DNA from: Synechococcus elongatus PCC 6301
Lineage (GTDB): Bacteria; Cyanobacteriota; Cyanobacteriia; Synechococcales; Synechococcaceae
Length of the DNA stretch: 32,000 nucleotides
NCBI RefSeq assembly: GCF_000010065.1
Contig: NC_006576.1
Coordinates: forward strand, 690,001 to 722,000
Direction of reading: 5' to 3'
Shown here: positions 27,737-32,000 of the stretch, piece by piece
Layout of the letters: each line of letters opens with the position of its first letter
How positions within the stretch are numbered: the stretch's first letter is position 1
Program-made: the position numbers and the translations under genes
Notes under the pieces: model-generated
The model's input: the letters and a program-made list of their open reading frames with translations, nothing else
Databases searched by the model: none
Told to the model about the DNA's origin: nothing

Positions 27737-28756
27737 TTGCGAATTGTGAAGCACTTCTCAGATCAAACTTGGCGATCGCCCCAACAATCAGCTGTGATCA
27801 CCTACAGTCCGGCCTATACCCTCGTTCCCACCTACGAGTGCTTCAATCGCTGCACCTACTGCAACTTCCGGCGCGATCCCGGAATGGACGAATGGTTGAG
27901 CCTATCGACTGCTCAGCAGCGACTGCTGACAGTGCGCGATCGCGGAGTTTGTGAAGTTTTGATCCTGAGTGGTGAAGTCCATCCTCAGAGCCCGCGGCGG
28001 GCTGCTTGGCGACAGCGGCTAATTGAGCTGGCGGAGTTGGCTCTAGACATGGGATTTTTGCCCCACACCAATGCTGGTCCCCTGAACCGAGCAGAGATGA
28101 TCGCCTTACAAAATGTCAATGTGTCCTTGGGCTTGATGCTAGAGCAACTGACACCGCAGCTTCAGCGCACGGTGCATCGCGCGGCACCCAGTAAAGATCC
28201 ACAGCTACGGCTGCAACAGCTTGAACAGGCCGGAGAGCTAGGTATTCCCTTCACCACCGGACTGCTGTTGGGGATCGGTGAAACAAGCCGCGATCGCCTT
28301 GAGACACTTGAAGCGATCGCGGCTTGTCACGATCGCTGGGGACATATCCAGGAGGTGATCTTGCAGCCGCATAGTCCGGGCCGTCAGCAAGCGATTCAAC
28401 ACCCTCCGCTAGCCCCGGATGAGCTGATTGATTGCGTGGCGATCGCTCGGCAAGTTCTACCCACATCGATTGCGATTCAAGTGCCACCGAATCTTTTGAC
28501 CCAGCCGCAGCAACTAGCGGACTGTTTGGGAGCGGGTGCCCGTGATTTAGGTGGGATTGTGCCCTACGACGAAGTGAATCCTGATTACCAGCATCATGAT
28601 TTGGATGAGCTTCGAGAAGCACTAGCGCAGCAAGGGTGGCAACTCCAACCGCGTTTGCCGGTCTATCCTCACCTAGTTGATCGCTTACCACAGCGACTGC
28701 AGACCCATGTGGCGGCGTGGCTGAATCGGTTCAACTCGCAGTCCAGGTCAAGCTAG
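27737..28756 (+). CDS. cofG: 7,8-didemethyl-8-hydroxy-5-deazariboflavin synthase subunit CofG (radical SAM)
   Basis: VPTYECFNRCTYCNFRRDPG contains CX3CX2C; LPHTNAGPLNR; TTGLLLGIGETSRDRLETL; VILQPHSPG; IQVPPNL. Start ambiguous between TTG 27737 and GTG 27794. Confidence 0.88.
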   Translation: MRIVKHFSDQTWRSPQQSAVITYSPAYTLVPTYECFNRCTYCNFRRDPGMDEWLSLSTAQQRLLTVRDRGVCEVLILSGEVHPQSPRRAAWRQRLIELAELALDMGFLPHTNAGPLNRAEMIALQNVNVSLGLMLEQLTPQLQRTVHRAAPSKDPQLRLQQLEQAGELGIPFTTGLLLGIGETSRDRLETLEAIAACHDRWGHIQEVILQPHSPGRQQAIQHPPLAPDELIDCVAIARQVLPTSIAIQVPPNLLTQPQQLADCLGAGARDLGGIVPYDEVNPDYQHHDLDELREALAQQGWQLQPRLPVYPHLVDRLPQRLQTHVAAWLNRFNSQSRSS

Positions 28757-28777
28757 CTACCTACGATCGCAACAAAA

Positions 28778-28802
28778 AGCCTCGACCACTGGTGCCGAGG
28801 CT
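28778..28802 (-). terminator. Terminator in the cofG / DUF1830-like convergent region
   Basis: AGCCTCG (28778-28784) / CGAGGCT (28796-28802); minus-strand T-tract TTTTT follows. Confidence 0.75.
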
Positions 28803-28829
28803 CTGTATTTGAGAGGTTGAGCATACAGA

Positions 28830-29129
28830 TTAAGCAGCCCCCCTAGAATTCATCACCTCGGGCTCATTCAGTTCCTTGCCAACAATGAGATCAGCGCAGG
28901 CAATGCGATCAGCCAAAATGGCACTCGCCATCATACCCGAGTGAATTTCGAGCATGGCTTCTTGGTAGGACTCAAAAATCAGTCGTTGTCCTGGAAAAAC
29001 GACGCGCTCAAAATACCAACCCGTAATATTCGTAATCCGAGCAACCTGAATTTTGCTGGTGGCATTGACGTAGCAGCACAGAACAACATTGTCGCTATTG
29101 ACCGTGATCGAATCTAGGATTTGAGACAT
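28830..29129 (-). CDS. DUF1830-like protein
   Basis: VVLCCYVNATSKIQVARITNITGWYFERVVFPGQRLIFES is the characteristic DUF1830 block. Confidence 0.75.
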   Translation of the reverse strand: MSQILDSITVNSDNVVLCCYVNATSKIQVARITNITGWYFERVVFPGQRLIFESYQEAMLEIHSGMMASAILADRIACADLIVGKELNEPEVMNSRGAA

Positions 29130-29457
29130 AGCAAGAGCTCGGAGGAGTTGAACCGTAATTTTGGGATCACGCTAACACCCGCTCTAGGGGCAAGCTGTGT
29201 ATCCAGTTACGAAACCTAAGGCCCTTAACAATCTCTTCAAAATCTCGATTGCGATCGCGGGATCGATCCCAGGATTCCTAATGCAACGGGCACTTGAGGA
29301 TTGGAAAAGCGCAGGGAGCTTTGTCACCGCAACTCACTGGCGTCCTCCTTACTGCGATTGCTGCAGCGATAGCAATCAGAAACTCATCTTCCAGGGACAG
29401 CAGCCTTTACCCAGTTTCAGACTCCCCAACGGTTGACTGCGGACAACATCCAGACAG

Positions 29458-29481
29458 AAAAAAGGCCCGCGATCGCAGGCC
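29458..29481 (-). terminator. Glutamate synthase gene terminator built on HIP1
   Basis: Minus strand GGCCTGCGATCGCGGGCC followed by TTTTTT; GCGATCGC forms the hairpin core. Confidence 0.7.
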
Positions 29482-29506
29482 ATGGATGAGCTAACAGCGC
29501 AAAGTA

Positions 29507-32000
29507 CTAGACAGCAGTTAGTTGTTTATCAGCCACTTCAGGGTTGACCTCCGGCGTGTCTGCTTCCGAAGGCGGCACCACTTGCCAGAACTGAGGCAAG
29601 TACTGCTCCCACTGCTCCAGGATATGGCAGGCCTTCGGGCTACCTGTCTTCTCGGCGTGGGCCGTGATCAGCTGTTTAAGTTGCTGCTCACCAGCAGAAG
29701 TTGAGACACGTTGCAGCTTGACGATCTCAGGATTGACCTTAGCGGGGAACTGCCCATCTTCATCGAGGAAGTAGGCCAGACCACCGGTCATACCAGCACC
29801 CACGTTACGCCCGCAGGGGCCTAGGACCACAATCGTACCGCCCGTCATGTATTCGCAACAGTGATCGCCGGTACCTTCTACAACCGCTTGCGCCTTGGAG
29901 TTACGAACCCCGAATCGCTCACCAGCCCGACCATTGGCAAACAGACTACCGCCCGTTGCGCCATAGAGACAGGTGTTGCCGACAATACTGCTCTGGGAGG
30001 GATCAAAGCGGACGCCTGCTTCTGGTCGAACGATGATTTCACCACCGTTCATGCCTTTGCCGACGTAGTCATTGGCTTCGCCCACGAGGTTGAGGCTTAC
30101 GCCGCTGATATTGAAAGCGCCAAAGCTCTGGCCAGCACTGCCGTTGAAGTTCAGGCTGATCTGTCCTTCAAAGCCGTAGTTGCCGTAGCGCTGCGCGATC
30201 GCACCCGCGAGACGAGCCCCAACAGAACGATCCGTGTTGACGATCGCTTGCTCGATCGCAACAGAATCTTGATTGGCGATCGCGGCGGTGAGGGCTGGGT
30301 TGGCAAGCAACTGGTCGTCCAGCACTGGGCCATTGTCATGAACTTCGTCATGAACCAGCCAGCTGCGATCGGAGCGCGTATCGGGCAGCTTGATCAGGCA
30401 GTCGAGATTCAGAGCCGCCGTCTTGGTCAGCTTCAGATCAGGACGTGGCGCTAGTAGATCGGTGCGACCAGTGAGTTCCGTCAGGCTGCGATAGCCCAAC
30501 TTCGCCAAGATGCTGCGCACTTCTTCGGCAATCAGGATGAAGAAGTTGACGACATGCTCTGGAATGCCAGTGAAGCGCTTGCGCAGTTGCTCTTGCTGCG
30601 TTGCGACACCGACAGGGCAGTTATTGGTGTGGCAGACCCGTGCCATGATGCAGCCTTCCGCAATCATTGCGATCGAGCCAAAACCAAACTCTTCTGCACC
30701 CATCAGCGCCGCCATGACGACGTCCCAACCAGTCTTGAGGCCGCCATCGACCCGCAGCAACACCCGCTGCCGCAGCTGATTTTCCATCAGGACGCGATGC
30801 ACTTCGGTCAGGCCCAGCTCCCAAGGCCCGCCAGCATGCTTGATCGAGCTCAGCGGTGAGGCACCGGTACCGCCGTCATGGCCCGAAACTTGGATGATGT
30901 CAGCATTCGCTTTAGCTACCCCAGCGGCCACGGTTCCGATCCCGATTTCCGCCACCAGCTTGACCGAGACTTGTGCCTTGGGATTGATCTGATGCAGGTC
31001 AAAGATCAGCTGAGCCAAATCTTCGATCGAGTAAATGTCGTGGTGAGGCGGTGGTGAAATTAGCAAGACACCCGCCTTCGAGTTGCGCAGGAAAGCAATG
31101 TAGGGGCTGACTTTCTTGCCCGGAAGTTGTCCCCCTTCACCCGGCTTCGCCCCCTGCGAGACCTTGATCTCGAGCTGATCAGCACTCATCAAGTACTCGG
31201 GCGTGACGCCAAAGCGACCCGAAGCAATTTGCTTGATGGCCGAGCTAGCAGTGTCGCCATTGCGCAGACCATGCAGGTGCGGCAGGGTTGGGGAGTTCCC
31301 TTCTGCGTCAACATCGCCCAGAACTTTGTAGCGAACGGGGTCTTCGCCACCTTCACCGGAGTTGGACTTACCGCCCAGCCGGTTCATGGCGATCGCGAGG
31401 GTTTCGTGGGCTTCCCGCGATAGTGCCCCCAGCGACATCCCACCAGTGCAGAAACGCTGCACGATCGCTTCTACCGATTCCACCTCATCCAGTGAGATGG
31501 CCGGGCGATCGCTGACGAATTGCAGCAAGTCCCGCAACGCTGTGACCGGCCGCTCTTCCAGGTACTTGCGATAGACCTCAAAGTGGTCGTAGTTTTTGCC
31601 TGCTACCACGGCCTTGTGCAGGGCTTTCGACATCTCGGGGCTGTTCATGTGGTACTCACCACCGGGGCGGTACTGCACGAAGCCAAAGTTCTCGAGTTTC
31701 TTCTGGTTCAACTCGGGGAAGGCACGGGTATGGAAGCTCATCACCTCGTGGGCGATGTCAGCCAAGGTCAGACCACCCAACCGCGAAGTCGTGCCGCGGA
31801 ACGCGAGGTCGACTACTTCCATGCTCAGACCAATTGCTTCAAAGATCTGCGCACCGTGATAGCTGGGTAGCAGCGAAATCCCCATCTTGGACAGGATTTT
31901 CAGCAGCCCTGCTTCGACAGCCTTACGGAAGTTTTGCTGAGCCCCTGCCAAGCTGACTTGAGCAATCTTGCCGCGCTCCATCAAGCTTTGAGTCTTAGGC
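29507..32000 (-). CDS. Ferredoxin-dependent glutamate synthase, C-terminal part (5' end beyond window)
   Basis: GMGAEELS-type synthase domain: [77 protein letters not shown]; [19 protein letters not shown]; GXGXG domain repeats [16 protein letters not shown]. Confidence 0.93.
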   Translation of the reverse strand, partial: PKTQSLMERGKIAQVSLAGAQQNFRKAVEAGLLKILSKMGISLLPSYHGAQIFEAIGLSMEVVDLAFRGTTSRLGGLTLADIAHEVMSFHTRAFPELNQKKLENFGFVQYRPGGEYHMNSPEMSKALHKAVVAGKNYDHFEVYRKYLEERPVTALRDLLQFVSDRPAISLDEVESVEAIVQRFCTGGMSLGALSREAHETLAIAMNRLGGKSNSGEGGEDPVRYKVLGDVDAEGNSPTLPHLHGLRNGDTASSAIKQIASGRFGVTPEYLMSADQLEIKVSQGAKPGEGGQLPGKKVSPYIAFLRNSKAGVLLISPPPHHDIYSIEDLAQLIFDLHQINPKAQVSVKLVAEIGIGTVAAGVAKANADIIQVSGHDGGTGASPLSSIKHAGGPWELGLTEVHRVLMENQLRQRVLLRVDGGLKTGWDVVMAALMGAEEFGFGSIAMIAEGCIMARVCHTNNCPVGVATQQEQLRKRFTGIPEHVVNFFILIAEEVRSILAKLGYRSLTELTGRTDLLAPRPDLKLTKTAALNLDCLIKLPDTRSDRSWLVHDEVHDNGPVLDDQLLANPALTAAIANQDSVAIEQAIVNTDRSVGARLAGAIAQRYGNYGFEGQISLNFNGSAGQSFGAFNISGVSLNLVGEANDYVGKGMNGGEIIVRPEAGVRFDPSQSSIVGNTCLYGATGGSLFANGRAGERFGVRNSKAQAVVEGTGDHCCEYMTGGTIVVLGPCGRNVGAGMTGGLAYFLDEDGQFPAKVNPEIVKLQRVSTSAGEQQLKQLITAHAEKTGSPKACHILEQWEQYLPQFWQVVPPSEADTPEVNPEVADKQLTAV

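Noticed and set aside
29197-29436. 79-aa ORF between the DUF1830-like gene and the glutamate synthase gene
   Set aside because: GTG start with no clear RBS, no recognised motif and atypical composition; it could be real but the sequence alone does not support it.
29861-30454. 197-aa plus-strand ORF inside the glutamate synthase gene
   Set aside because: Antisense shadow ORF over a strongly conserved coding region.

Overview
This is a densely coding cyanobacterial chromosome segment. The abundance of the HIP1 octamer GCGATCGC, the gene content and the gene order all point to the Synechococcus elongatus PCC 7942/6301 lineage; this assignment comes from recall and was not checked by database search. 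The backbone is ordinary: nblS (5'-truncated), mtnP, gluQ, a DUF3593-like gene, psaK, a YlqD-like gene, aas, a NIL-domain gene, tRNA-Thr(GGT) and tRNA-Tyr(GTA), aroQ, miaE, a GNAT gene, dnaX, an IscA/SufA-like gene, acnB, tRNA-Thr(TGT), minE/minD, aroK, a group-2 psbA, cofG and a ferredoxin-glutamate synthase gene cut by the right edge. No CRISPR array, transposon or IS element was recognised. The best candidate for an under-described system is the 12.8-16.3 kb block. It holds five consecutive minus-strand genes for predicted secreted proteins, two or three of which look like spore-coat-U-like proteins. Most of it lies in a stretch of about 3.4 kb with no HIP1 site. Other items are an RTX-repeat protein (19268-20128), a degenerate pyridine-nucleotide-disulfide-oxidoreductase-like protein (24208-25380), two unlisted small ORFs (7831-7959 and 26410-26523), HIP1 palindromes inside three terminator-like hairpins, and unusual residues in NblS and D1.
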